Assembly: GCF_018350175.1 (NCBI RefSeq)
Contig: NC_058378.1
Coordinates: 87,606,001 to 87,670,000, forward strand
Length of the DNA: 64,000 nucleotides
Source of the DNA: Felis catus
Lineage: Eukaryota
Direction of reading: 5' to 3'
Both the position numbers and the translations under genes were made by a program. Numbering within the stretch: position 1 is the stretch's first letter; each line of letters begins with the position of its first letter. Of this stretch, positions 31,211-43,427 are shown one piece after another. The notes beneath the pieces were generated by a model that was not told the DNA's origin, did no database searches, and worked only from the letters and a program-made list of their open reading frames with translations.

Positions 31211-32426
31211 TAGATAGCATCCATTGTCTCTGACCTCTGCCTGCCTTGCCCAGGCCTTCCAGTTGAGTCCAGTAGTCGGTTCTCGAGGTGGGGTGTGCAA
31301 CCTTCATTTCAACGTTCCTGCCAGCAGGCTTTCCTCCACGCTTGAGGCGGGAACCGGCAGGGTCTGGCGATCTTGCTCATTACCATGTACTTTCCAGACC
31401 CCGTTTTTATTGTATTTGAGCTATGCTTGGATTCTCTTTATGTGGTAAAGACATTGGTTTGAGAGTTCTTACCACCTCAGGGATAGCAGATGAGGGACAA
31501 TTTTCACTATTTCAAAGACTTGGAACTTTTGTAAGAAAGTACTGAGTTTATTTATTGTAGGCGAAATATTGTAGGATATCTCATGCTGGCCAGAAGTGTT
31601 TGCTGGCAATCTTACGATTATCAAAAGTGATGAACCTGTAGTTACTGTTCAGTGCTCTGTAAGAGGACACCTGTCCTGTTGGCTTCTAGATGTTTGCCCT
31701 TTTCTCCAGGACAGCAAGAATGCCTACGTTGGGTTGCGGCCCTGGGGTGGAGAGTCTGAATTATACAGGATTGGTTAACCCTTTAGGGAAGAGAGTAGGC
31801 AGCTTAACTGGTGCCTGGACCCAGGGTGTGCCCAAGGCCTTAGGAGTTTCACACCTGGACTCACTAGGAGATGAAGCACCGGGAAGGAGCTGAGTGTTCA
31901 GAAGATAGATATATGGGCACCCCCCTTCTACCTGCGTTAGGGTTCCACGAGGTGGGACCTGTCGTGATCCCCGAGGGTCCCTGGCTGAGGGAGGAAGGGC
32001 GTGGCAGTGCTAGTAAGGAGGCAGAACCTTCAGTGGTGGTTTCCATGGGGGACCCTCATCTCCTTGGCAGTAACCAGAGGGCGGCATTGGTTTGAGGTAT
32101 ACTAGTTAGGACTTTACGGGAGGCCCTTTTTTTGAGTGATCAGATCATTCATTTTGAACTCCCATATCTTGGCAACTAAACAAAGAACCCATTAATAAGA
32201 CCTTCCCCTGAGCTTTGTTTTTTGTTTCTGCCGCCACCATTCCCATTTGAGGAGGAACGTGAGAACCACTGCCCTGCTTGCATGTGGTGGTTCCATGGCA
32301 GTGAGACCGTTTCCTTCTTCTCTGCCAGGAGGGTAGGACTGGGGTATGAGGCTGGGCTGGCTGGCATGTACTTGCTTTGAGACTGGGCTTCCTCCTCTGC
32401 TCACTTCCTTCTAAAGATGTTCCTCT

Positions 32427-32640
32427 GGGGGCGCCTGGGGGGCTCAGTCGGTTAAGTGTCCAACTCTTGGTTTCAGCTCGGGTCATGATCTCATGGTTCG
32501 GGAGATTGAGTCCCTTGTCAGGCTCTACGCTGACAGTGCCTGCTTGGGATTCTCTGTCTCTCCCTTTCTATCTGTCCCTCCTCCGCTTGTGTGCACATGC
32601 TCTCTTTTTCAAAAATAAATAAATAAACCTTAAAAAAGAA
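32427..32640 (+). mobile_element. CAN-SINE; TSD approx. aaagat(g/t)tt(c/t)ct
   Basis: Diagnostic head, CT tract and A tail. Confidence 0.9.
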
Positions 32641-32740
32641 AAAGATTTTCTTCTGAAGGTGGTGCCAATATGCATAACAAGACGAGATAAAATAATGGTC
32701 TGGTGAAGCATTAAAGGAATTTTTGCCTTAATTTTGCCAC

Positions 32741-32845
32741 ATTCCACTTTCAGGCCGCAACCCTCTGTTTCAAGAAACCCTTGGGCTTAAGCCTCATGTG
32801 CTGGTCCTCAACAAAATGGACTTGGCGGATCTGAAAGAGCAGCAG
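32741..32845 (+). CDS. MTG1: MTG1 exon 3 (105 nt): IPLSGRNPLFQETLGLKPHVLVLNKMDLADLKEQQ (G4 motif NKxD)
   Basis: AC acceptor, gtgaag donor; NKMD. Confidence 0.95.
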
Positions 32846-34746
32846 GTGAAGGTCCCTGTCCCGGGCACCTCCAGCACTAGGGTTGTGTCTAGGGTCACCC
32901 TTGCAAGCAGACTCTGTTGATTCACTCAGGCAGGCTTGCTTTTTAGCAAACAACCCTTTGTTTGCGGAGGTATTCCCGCCTGATTTCTCAAAGTGACCTG
33001 CTTCCCTCTAATGTTTAATGTATGGTCCAAATGACCAGAGAACGCACCTCCCAAAGGAAGTGGCCAGGCTTTGCTGCTGGAGCCAAGTGCCCCACAGGGT
33101 GGCCTCTGGCCCCATGTGGCTCTGAGCGCTTGAGATGTGGCTCCTGCTGCAGACACGATACTCGTGTTTTATTTCATTTCAGTTAATAAGTTTCCGTAGC
33201 TGTTTGAGGCTGGTGGCCGTAGGCACAGGCCACAGGTACTGACCTGGAGGTCTCCTGTGATGGCTGCGTTTGGCCCAGGCACCCACACTGGCCAGTTCCA
33301 TGGCCTTCCAGACACCAAGTGCGCTGGAGGCCCAAAGTAATGTCTTCAAAGCAGGCAGGATCGGGGGACACAAGTGACCAAGTGCAGGGCATGCCCACGT
33401 GTCCCAGCATACAAGAAACATGAAGGTCTGGGCATATTATTTTTGAGTGTTCACCTCTGCTTTTCTTGCTGTATTATCGAATCCTTCCGGAAGGGCAGGT
33501 GTCAGACCCTTGTGGATTCCAGCCTAGCAGTTTTCAGGCTGTTAGTGGCGCAGCGTCCTCTTTGTTGGCAGAGTGCATTCAGGCTTCTCAGTTGGTCGTG
33601 GTATGTTTGAATTACTTAGACCCCAACCACAAGTCTCTGTCACAAGGTTTCCAGGGGAACATCAAATATAGGAGCTCTTTGTTTGCTGAGAATCCGAGCA
33701 GAGGCCACCCCTAACCCACGTGCGGGTACCTCTGGTCATTTAAATCCCTTCTGCTGTGCAGGACGGGGGGTGGACAGCTCCAGAGCCCCCAGAACAAGGT
33801 GTTTGTGGGCTTCACTGCACGCACGCTCTACTAACTTAGCATCACAAGCTTTGCTTTCATTGGTTGAGACTTGAGTCTTACCAGCGATTGCTTCTGGCCT
33901 TAAGTGCTAATCTTTGTGGAGTGTTGGGCACATAAGGTGACCTAACATAGGGACACAGCGGTGTCTCAACTGGTTGGGAGGCGGCGGGAGTGTGTGCTCC
34001 TCCTCTCAGGTGCTGCTGTGGGCAGAGGAGAGGAGAGGAGAAGGCCCCAGGGATGGCCCTTCATGTCTGCCTCTGGGGGTGGGTGGGGACATCCCATGTG
34101 AATGTATACACTTCAAAGCGTGGCTTCAAATATGTCTTTGTTGTGGCCTGTATCCTCATCTGTATCATCATAACAAACAACTGAAATATATAATGAAAAT
34201 TAAGTTAGCAAATGACTTTTGGTTCATTTAGGCATTGACCATGTTTTAGGTCAGTACGTGGTCAAACAATATCATACCGGTATTAAAAACTATGATTCCT
34301 ACACTGATTTCACTTAATGTTAAGACCAATAAATTCATATTAACCTTAGTTTACTTTTGAGCTTTTAAAGCGTTGCATGTACTTTGTACTTGGATTGGAT
34401 TAAGGCTGGGTTTACAGTGGTCATTTTGTGAGAGCTCGTCAGAATACTCAGGACTAAGCAGATCACTGAATGCAGCCAGAGGTGGCTCATTTTCCATGGA
34501 GGTACCTGTGTCCCGAGAGGACAGCCAGTGTCTGTGCTGAGCCCTCATGCCCGCTGGAGCCTGCAGCTCGTGGACCCCTGCCCAGGGCACTTCCTTCCTG
34601 TGCTCACACTGGAGCCTCCTCTATGGTCTGTGCTGTCCATGGGGCCCCCTCGCCTGGCCCAGGTCGGGGTGGGGCTTCAATCTCAGATCCTTGGATTTTA
34701 GCATATCACATCCACATTTTCATTTAGTTTTTAAAGTGGAAATATC

Positions 34747-35222
34747 GTCCCCTGTGTTTATAGCAGCACTCTCAACAATAGCCAAATTATGGAAAGAGCC
34801 TAAATGTCCATCAACTGATGAATGGATAAAGAAATCGTGGTTTATATACACAATGGAATACTACATGGCAATGAGAAAGAATGAAATATGGCCCTTTGTA
34901 GCAACGTGGATGGAACTGGAGAGTGTTATGCTAAGTGAAATAAGCCAGACAGAGAAAGACAGATACCATATGTTTTCACTCTTATGTGGATCCTGAGAAA
35001 CTTAACAGGAACCCATGGGGGAGGGGAAGGGAAAAAAAAAAAAAGAGGTTAGAGTGGGAGAGAGCCAAAGCATAAGAGACTCTTAAAGAGAACAAACTGA
35101 GGGTTGATGGGGGGTGGGAGGGAGGGGAGAGTGGGTGATGGGTATTGAGGAGGGCACCTTTGGGGATGAGCACTGGGTGTTGTATGGAAACCAATTTGAC
35201 AAAAATTTCATATATTGAAAAA
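34747..35222 (+). mobile_element. 5'-truncated young felid-type L1 (ORF2 C-terminus plus 3'UTR) with 14-bp TSD aaa(g/a)tggaaatatc
   Basis: Open frame FIAALSTIAKLWKEPKCPSTDEWIKK...MFSLLCGS*; TSD at 34733-34746 and 35223-35236; TTTT/AAAG endonuclease site. Confidence 0.95.
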
Positions 35223-35244
35223 AAAATGGAAATATCTCTTTCAG

Positions 35245-35325
35245 AAAATTATACAGCACTTAGAAGGAGAAGGCCTAAAAAATGTTGTTTTCACCAACTG
35301 TTTACAGGATGAGAATGTCAAGCAG
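35245..35325 (+). CDS. MTG1: MTG1 exon 4 (81 nt): KIIQHLEGEGLKNVVFTNCLQDENVKQ
   Basis: tttcag acceptor, gtaggt donor. Confidence 0.94.
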
Positions 35326-35866
35326 GTAGGTGCTTCTCTGTTTTACACCCTAATGCTTTTGATTAAATACATTTAAAAGAAATGGATTATCTCATGCCCT
35401 TGTGAGAAGCAGAGTTTTGGAGGCAAGGCAGGGCTTGGCTGGGGTTCTTGGGGTACACTCATCTCTGGTCGAGAGCAGGTAGGCCCTGGGCAGCCTGTGG
35501 TGGTCTGCAGGGCCCAGTGCCAGGCTGTAGCGTGTACCCGGGGCTGTTGTTGGACAAGCTTCTGGAGGGTGTGGTGCCTGGTTTTCCGCAGTTGTATTTC
35601 GAGGATTTCCCTGGCTGGTGTATCTTTGTGGAAGGTGGCTGCGGTCACAGCCATCACCCTCTGGGGGATTGACCTGCTTGCTGATGGTGGAGGGACAGGT
35701 CAGGGCGCAGGTGACCCCCCCCCCCCCCCCCGCCAGCGCGTTCTAAGCCCTGATGTGGACAGAGCCCGGGTTCTTCGATGCTGGGCATGGGGTACGCCAC
35801 CTCCAGAAGCTAAGGAGGAAGCCGGTTTCTGTGCGAGTGTGCCGCTGTGTGGTTTGTCTGTTGCAG

Positions 35867-35923
35867 ATAATCCCGACGGTCACGGGACTGGTGGGGAGCA
35901 GCTGCCGCTATCATCGAGGAGAG
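35867..35923 (+). CDS. MTG1: MTG1 exon 5 (57 nt): IIPTVTGLVGSSCRYHRGE
   Basis: ttgcag acceptor, gtcggt donor, phase 0/0. Confidence 0.92.
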
Positions 35924-36275
35924 GTCGGTGGTGGGGCTCAGTGCTGGCTGTGGGGTGGTCCCTCCTGCTGAGGAGCCCTGGGCTCGGTGGCTAAGCAGTG
36001 GTAGACCAGTCCCCATGCTGGGCCATCACCAAGCCCCGAGAACTCCTGGGGGCTGTCTCTGTGCTGCCCCAGCCCACAGAGCTGCCTTCTGTCTTCTTGT
36101 TTGGAGCAGGGGTGGGGGGTGGCCCTGCTGAGGCTGGCGGGGCCTCCACAGTGACCTTTCTTCACCTGAACTGGCCTGGGTTTGTGGGTCCCGTTGCATG
36201 AGCCACGTGAGGCTCTCAGTGGGGCTGTGGGTGGTCCGGGTGGACCCCTGACTCCCTGCTCTTGTGCTTCTGCAG

Positions 36276-36366
36276 AGTCTGGAGTACTGTGCCATGGTGA
36301 TTGGGATCCCCAACGTGGGCAAATCCTCGCTCATCAACGCGCTCAGGAGACAGCACCTCAGGAAAG
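36276..36366 (+). CDS. MTG1: MTG1 exon 6 (91 nt): [30 protein letters not shown] (G1 P-loop)
   Basis: GxPNVGKS after NKxD indicates a circularly permuted GTPase; AG/GT boundaries. Confidence 0.97.
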
Positions 36367-36896
36367 GTACTGCTGGCCGTTGTGAGCTGATGCTGTGGTA
36401 TTTGCTGGCGAGTGGCCGCTCTTCCTCTGGCTCTGAGAAAAACCTCGTCCTTAGCCAGAGCCTCATGGCCCCTCAGGGTTGTCTCTTTGCACCGGATAAC
36501 TGATGTAAGGTTAAATGGTGAGACAGAATCNNNNNNNNNNNNNNNNNNNNNNNNNNNNNNNNNNNNNNNNNNNNNNNNNNNNNNNNNNNNNNNNNNNNNN
36601 NNNNNNNNNNNNNNNNNNNNNNNNNNNNNNNNNNNNNNNNNNNNNNNNNNNNNNNNNNNNNNNNNNNNNNNNNNNNNNNNNNNCCAGGCTCTGAGCGGTC
36701 AGCACAGAGCCCGACGCGGGGCTCGAACCCACGAATTGTGAGATCATGACCTGAGCCGAAGTTGGATGCTCAACTGACTGGGCCACCCGGGCGCCCCTAT
36801 CCTGTTGCACATTTTACTTCGTTCTCTCTCCTGAACATGAAGTGTTAAGATATTTAACACGTGGATGACTTTCCTGCCTGTTGGTGATTGTGTTCC

Positions 36897-36969
36897 CCTT
36901 CACGGAAATCTCTTTGATGTCCATACTCATGGCCTTCACGGAAATCTCTTTGATGTCCATACTCATGGC
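36897..36969. repeat. Perfect 36-bp tandem duplication
   Basis: ccttcacggaaatctctttgatgtccatactcatgg x2. Confidence 0.95.
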
Positions 36970-37329
36970 GTAGCCAGATAGATGGGGCCTGATAACAAGC
37001 AGCAGGCGGTTGATGGGGCAGCCCCAGCTGGGAGACGGCATCCTGCCTGACTGCTCGGGGGAGATTCTGGGGAGACCCCGGGCCTATCTCCTTGTTTCGT
37101 GCTCATTTGGATTTGGAGTCACACAGACGTGCCCACACTACTTACTCGCTGTGTCATTACCCTTTTCCATTAAGTATTTTAAAGTTCAGTACCAAGTCCC
37201 ACGTTGGCTTCGTGTTCCACACCAGGATGCGTTCTCTATTAACAAACCCAAACACCATGAGCTCCGCTCAACTGTTATTTTACAGATGGTGTTTTTGGTG
37301 CTCGTTGGAGAATTGTCAGATCATCATTT

Positions 37330-37775
37330 TGTTTTTTAATTTTTTAAAAAAAAATTTTTTTTTTCAACGTTTATTTATTTTTGGGACAGAGAGAGACAGA
37401 GCATGAACGGGGGAGGGGCAGAGAGAGAGGGAGACACAGAATCGGAAACAGGCTCCGGGCTCTGAGCCATCAGCCCAGAGCCTGATGCGGGGCTCGAACT
37501 CCCGGACCGCGAGATCGTGACCTGGCTGAAGTCGGACGCTTAACCGACTGCGCCACCCAGGCGCCCCTGTTTTTTAATTTTTTAAAAAATGTTTATTTTT
37601 GAGACAGAGACAGAGTGTGAGCAGGGGAGGGGCAGAGAGAAAGGGAGACACAGAATCCGACACAGGCTCCAGTCTCTGAGCTGGCAGCACAGAGCCCGAC
37701 ACAGGGCTCGAACCCACAAACTGCGAGATCATGACCTGAGCTGAAGTCGGACCAACTGAGCCACCTCGGTGCCCC
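37330..37775 (-). mobile_element. Two adjacent CAN-SINEs (a young SINEC_Fc inserted in the tail of an older copy); a further SINE spans the gap at ~36520-36797
   Basis: Two complete SINE bodies; duplicated tgttttttaattttttaaaaa flank. Confidence 0.9.
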
Positions 37776-37789
37776 AAATCATCTTTTTT

Positions 37790-38190
37790 TTTTAAGTTTA
37801 CTTTTCTCTAATTGTGGCTTAAAAAAAAAATTGGTGGCATTAAATATATTCAGTGCTGTGCGACCATCACAGTATTTCTAGACTTTTCCTTGGTCTCAAA
37901 CTGAAAGTCTATAAACATAACCCCTAGCCCCCTCTCCCCTCCCACCGCCTGGGCACCACTAATCTGCCTTCTGTCCCTGGATCTCTGAAGAGCTCCTACC
38001 TCACATGAATGGAATCACACGGTAGTTGTCCTTTTCTGTTGGACTGATTTCACTGAGCATAATGTCCCCAAGGTCCATCCGTGCTGTGGCCTGTGTCAGA
38101 ATTTTGTTCCCTTTCAAGGCTGAATAATATTCCATTATGTTTAGATACCACGTTTTGCTTTTCCACTCGTCCACCGATAGATACATGTAT
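37790..38190 (-). mobile_element. L1MB-like 3' end
   Basis: Minus-strand translation DEWKSKTWYLNIMEYYSALK..MDLGDIMLSEIS. Confidence 0.85.
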
Positions 38191-38561
38191 CTCTACTCTT
38201 GAGTTTATCCGGCCCCTTGGTCGGGAGCTGTGCTCACAGACAGGCCTGTCATGATCAGTGCTGTGGGGCTGATTTGCCGGGTGTAGGCTCGGTGTCGGGG
38301 GCACAGGGTCAAGTCCAGGAGGGAGGAAGCCGTCGTGTGGGAAGCAGCAGCTCTGTGCTGACCTCCACGGCCAGGCCCTGGCCTCTCCTCACCCTCCCAG
38401 GCACCAGGGAGGTGCGTTTTGGTCCCTGTTGGTTTGGTGCTGAGTTGAGCACGAGCTCATCTGGGCCTTCATGGGTTTCCGGCTGTGTCATTTCTTCTTC
38501 TGTAGCTTGTGTGCCAGGCTTCTGTGTTCACTACGTCCGACAGCCCCTTTGCATCCCACAG

Positions 38562-38623
38562 GGAAAGCTACCAGGGTGGGCGGCGAGCCTGGGATCACCA
38601 GAGCCGTGATGTCCAGAATCCAG
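38562..38623 (+). CDS. MTG1: MTG1 exon 7 (62 nt): GKATRVGGEPGITRAVMSRIQ (G2 motif)
   Basis: cacag acceptor, gtaggg donor; PGIT. Confidence 0.96.
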
Positions 38624-39061
38624 GTAGGGTCCTCGGCTGCTGGGTCTGGAGCTCCACACGCAGGCGCCTGCTGCTTCCTGAGGACTCGGGGGGCACTGCC
38701 TCCACCCGCCCCACCGAGTGCTGCCGCACGCCAGGCACTGCACCAGCCTTCCACCAGAGCTGCGGGCAGGCGTGCTCGTCACCCCTGTTTTATAGAGGGG
38801 GAGCACGCACCTGCCTAAGGTCACACAGCTCAGCTCAGCTTGTCCACACGTTCCCTTCTTTCCCTGGGAGGAGAAGATTGGGGCCCTTGGGGCCTGTTGC
38901 TCCTGTTCTCTGGACTCAGTGGGAGCTGACCCAGTGGGGAAGCCAAGAGTGTGGTGGAAAGGCCTCGTTGGAGCCTCAGGAGCCTAACACCCCGGCTCCA
39001 GGGGCCGCCCAGCAGCAAGCCTGGAGGCAGCGGCGCGGCCGACTGTCCTCTGTGTCCACAG

Positions 39062-39158
39062 GTGTGTGAGCGGCCGCTGATGTTCCTGCTGGACACTCCG
39101 GGGGTGCTGGCTCCTCGGATTGAAAGCGTGGAGATGGGCCTAAAGCTGGCCCTGTGTG
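39062..39158 (+). CDS. MTG1: MTG1 exon 8 (97 nt): VCERPLMFLLDTPGVLAPRIESVEMGLKLALC (G3 motif DTPG)
   Basis: cacag acceptor, gtgagt donor. Confidence 0.97.
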
Positions 39159-39541
39159 GTGAGTTGGGGGTCACCCTTCGTGCCCCCTCCTGCCGCCTGG
39201 GTGCGGGGCCCCCAGCCCTGGCACTTTGTGCCTGCCTTTCTAGGCCTGGATGTTGCAGACTCTTGAATGTTGTGCTGAGTGGGCGTCTCAAGCAGCCTGT
39301 GCGGTCCTAGCTCAGGGCGCATGTGGGCCAGGCACTGCTGTGACCCCACTGACCCTCACAGCCCTCCTTGGAGAGAGTGCCTTCCTTCTCCCATTTTACA
39401 GCCAAGGCAGGTCTGTGGGTCAGGTCCAAGGGCCACGGCCGGGCCTCCTCCTCAGCAGCACCTCGGGCTGAGACAGGGAGAGGCCCTGGGGTGCAGATGC
39501 CAGGCTGGTTTGCCGGGCTCACCCTGGTCGCCTGATTCTAG

Positions 39542-39623
39542 GAACCGTGTTAGACCACCTTGTCGGGGAGGAGACCCTGGCGGACTACCTTCTCTACACC
39601 CTCAACAGGCACCAGCTCTTTGG
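39542..39623 (+). CDS. MTG1: MTG1 exon 9 (82 nt): GTVLDHLVGEETLADYLLYTLNRHQLF
   Basis: ctag acceptor, gtgagt donor. Confidence 0.95.
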
Positions 39624-39679
39624 GTGAGTGCAGGGTCCGGGGCAGGTGGCTCGCCTCTCTCTCTCGTTCTAGACAAACA

Positions 39680-42540
39680 TAGTCTAAAAAAGCAGCAGCA
39701 GTAAGATGCGATTAGACCAGCAGCCTGCACGTTATTTGCAGCATACAGATCGGTATGTTTGTTACACAGTCAAGAAAAGCCTCAAATTTCCTGTGCTCTT
39801 TGGTAATTCCTCCTTCCCACCTTTACCTGCTCCCATTTTACAGACGAGACCCCAAAGCCCGCTCGCCACATCCTGATGACCGTCTGTTTCCTGTCTTTCC
39901 TTGGATGTCCTGTGCTCTGTCTTGCGGGGTTCCCATCCTCGGTGTGACTGCTTTCAGATTCCTCTGTGTGGTGCCTCCAGTCGCTCCTTCCTGGTGCAGA
40001 TTTACACCTTGTTATTCCCCCAGGAGTGAGACGTGAGCAGAGGGTGTTTGCTGGGTGTCCTTTATCGCGTCGAGGACCACAGCCTGGCCGGAGCTTTGTC
40101 AGTTTTGTTGGTATGGTTTCATTGACTTTCTCCATTATCTTTCTGTTATTTCATTGATTACCGTTCAGTCTTTATTATTATTTCTGCTTTGCTGGTTTTC
40201 CTTCTGTTTTTGCCATCGGTTGTTGAGAGAAGGTACTGAAATCTCTGCCTGTGGTCTGTCTGTCTTGCGGCTCTGTCCGTCTGCTTCACGCATTTCGGAG
40301 CTCTGTTGTGCGGTGCAGGGACAGCCCGGGGATCATCGTGTCCCCCTGAACCGATGCCCTTATCAGTCAAAATGCCTTTCTTGATGTTCACAATACTTCC
40401 TGCTCTGACATCGACCTCGTCTGGTAGTTACACACCTGCTGTGGCTTCTGATGAGTGCTCACATGGAGCGTGTTTGTGTCTTTATATTTAACACGTGTTT
40501 CTCGGGGTGCCTGGGGCGCTCTGTCAGTTAAGTATGCGACTCTAGATTTCAGCTCAGGTCATGGTCTCACAGTTCGTGGGATCGGGCCATTCTCTTCCCC
40601 TCTCCCCTCACTCTCTCTCTCTCAATAAATAAATGAATATTTAAAATAAAATGAAATAAAATATGTTTCTCATAGGCTGTGTACAGATAGTGAAGCCTTG
40701 TTTCTTATCCAACCTGACCATTTCTGTCTTTTATTTTGGGTATTGGACCATTTACGTGTCATGTGATTATTGACCTTGGGGTTACGTTTGTCATTTTACT
40801 CTTTGTCCTGTCCGTCCTTTGTTCCTTTTCCTCCTCCTCTGCCTCTGCCTGTGCTGTCTCCATCTTTCTCTCTGTCTCTCTCTGCATCTTTCTCTCTCTT
40901 CCTCTGTCTCTTTGTCTGTCTCTCTGGCCTTTTCTGGTTACTGGGATACTCTCATCCCCTCTCTCCCCTTTGTCAGCTTGCCTTCTGTAACGTATGGAGG
41001 AGGTTGTCTCGGTGTGAGGAGGGTTAGGTGATAGAACCCGTCTCATGGCGCATAAGCGCATCTCCATTTTTCTCGTGATCTTTGGGCTTTTGTTGTTCTG
41101 TCTTGCTTTCGTGTATTTTGTAAGCCTGAGATGTACTGTTTTCGCTCATATGGAGACTCCCAAGTGTGGGACGTAATCTTAGCTGTTTGCCCATGGCTTT
41201 ATGGTTCATGGGCACCGCTTGTTTCTTTGTGTAGATCCACGTTCTGTCTGGTGTCGCCATCCGCTGACGATTTCCTGTAGCATTTACTGTAATGCAGGTC
41301 TGCTGGTGAGGAGTTTGTCTCCTCAGGTTTGTCCAGAGATGCCCGTATTTCATGTTCGTTTTGGAAGGATACTTGCCCTGTGTGTGAAAGTCCGGGTGGA
41401 TGGTTTTTTTTCAGGAGTGGAGGGATTTTGTCCCATCCTGTTCTCACCTGTGCTGTTTCTGATGAGGAATCTGTCACGTTTGTCTTTGTTCCTCCAGCTG
41501 CCTTTAGGATTTTCTCTTTATCGTGCTTTTGAGCAATTTATGACAATGGGACCCGTGTGGTTTTCTTTATGTTTCTTGTGCTTATAGTTTGTTGAGTTCT
41601 TAGATCTGTGGCTTTGTAGCTTTTATCACATTTTCAACCATTATTTCTTCCTGTGTTTTCAGTTCCTGCCCGCTCCCGTCCTCAGGACCTGCTGGGCACG
41701 GCTGCTGCCCCATGGGCGACCTGCCTGCACCCCATGTGTCTGACCCACTGCTAGCGCCCGCCAGTGTGTGTCTCACAGCACGGGTCTCTAGTCCGATTCG
41801 GATCATGCTTTACATCTTCTGTGTATCTGCTTAACTTTGTAACCACATGGAATGTGGTCACGATGACCGGTCTAACATCTCTGCTAGTCCTAACGTCTGG
41901 GGCGTTTTCAGCTGACTGATTTCCTCCTCACGATGAGTCTGTTTTCCTGCTGTGCACGCCTGATCATTTTTGCTTGGATGCTTGGTGTTTTAAATTTTAC
42001 CTTCTTGGGAGATGGGTATCTTTAAGTTCCTGGACACATCCTTGAGCTTTGCTTGAGACAATTATCTGGAAACAGTTCCTTCCAGGCCTGACTGAGGCAG
42101 GGCCTCCCCCCACCTCCGCTGTAACCCATGGGTCATGAGGTTTCCGTCTGCTCCTGACTCTCCGTGAGCACTGACTGCTGCCCCTGTGCCCTCCAGGGTG
42201 GTCCTTCCTGGCCTCTGGCTTTGGGGAACTTCCTTTATCATGTGTGCAGATCCCTCCTCTGCTAAATACAGAGGATGGCAGGCTTCCAGAATTCTCTCTC
42301 TGGGCAGCTCTGCCCTTTCTGGTTCTGTCGTGTGACTTTTACTGGGCCCGCACTCCAGCCACCCTCGGGGCTCCCTGGGGTCTCCGGGCACCAGGCTGGG
42401 TGTTTGTTGGTTTACATCCTTTGTAGCTTGATGTCTGGTGCCTTGAAAACCATTGTTTTGTATGTTTCTGGTTGTTTCAGGTGGATCGTAAGTTCAGTTC
42501 TCGTTACTCCATTTTGCATGGAAGTAGGATTTCAAATTGA
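39680..42540 (-). mobile_element. Ancient antisense L1M fragments in MTG1 intron 9, with an internally deleted SINE at ~40503-40660 (+ strand)
   Basis: T-rich degenerate L1 ORF2/ORF1/5' segments. Confidence 0.65.
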
Positions 42541-43427
42541 TCATTTTGTTTCATTTCTGTGGGAGTCTGTGTGGGCCTCCGCGGTCCCCCAGTGTTTCTG
42601 GAGAACAGGCAGCCGTGTCCCGCAGGGCGGCCCTTGCGTGTGTGTAGTGGGGTGCCCAGGACAGAGGGGCCGCAAGTTTGATTTGGGACCTGCCTTCCTC
42701 AGGATGCGATGTCCTCCAAGGTGGGCGCTCCGATACCCGGGTGGGGTCGCCTTGCGGCCGAGCCCCGCCCGGCTCTGTGGACCCGGAGGCAAATCCCGCC
42801 GTCGCTCCGGCTTTTGTAGGTTCCGGGACGAGTGGCCGGCAGAGGTGTTAGTTGTGTCTCCCGGCTCCTGTGGGGGACGTGCTTGTCTGTGGATGAGGCT
42901 TGTCTCCTTCAACCCTTCAGGGTCAGACACACCCGGCCCTGTGCTGGCCTTTCTCATCAGGCCCTGAGCCAGCGTCACGGACGGGGCGTCCACAAGAGCT
43001 ACTGGACAGTTCTCGGCAGAGGCGGGCGCCGAGTGGGTTTGTGCTGGTCTGTGGGCTACAGAAAACACCAGTCAGACCTGCTCATTCTCCCCTGGAGAGA
43101 GTGCTGGCAATCCTGGCGATCCTGCCTCGGGCGGCTGCCCAGAGGCTTGGAGCACCTGTCAGGGTACTGCCGTGATGACCTAGGGCTCCAGGCTACGGGC
43201 TGCTCGGGAACGGGGTGGATGACGCAGTCGTCCCGCCATTGCAGCCACGGGCATCAGCAGGGAAGCGGTCCTCAGGACAGCTGGCTGTGGCCACGTGGGA
43301 GGACAGACGCCGGCAGCTCTGCAGTGGGCACTTATGGCCACATGCACGAGGGGTCCCTGGTGGAGCTGGGCGTGACCCAGCATGTCCCCACCTGGCTCCC
43401 TCTCCCCGACTGTTGGTCTGTGTGTAG

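Larger units (their letters stand above)
29803..32740 (+). other. U12-type (minor spliceosome) AT-AC intron, MTG1 intron 2
   Basis: 5' ATATCCTTT, branch site ttttgccttaat (32720-32732), 3' CAC; the join gives DAR|IPLSGRNP. Confidence 0.92.

Noticed and set aside
34547-34996. 149-aa ORF as a host gene
   Set aside because: It is the L1 ORF2 C-terminus fused to flanking intron sequence.
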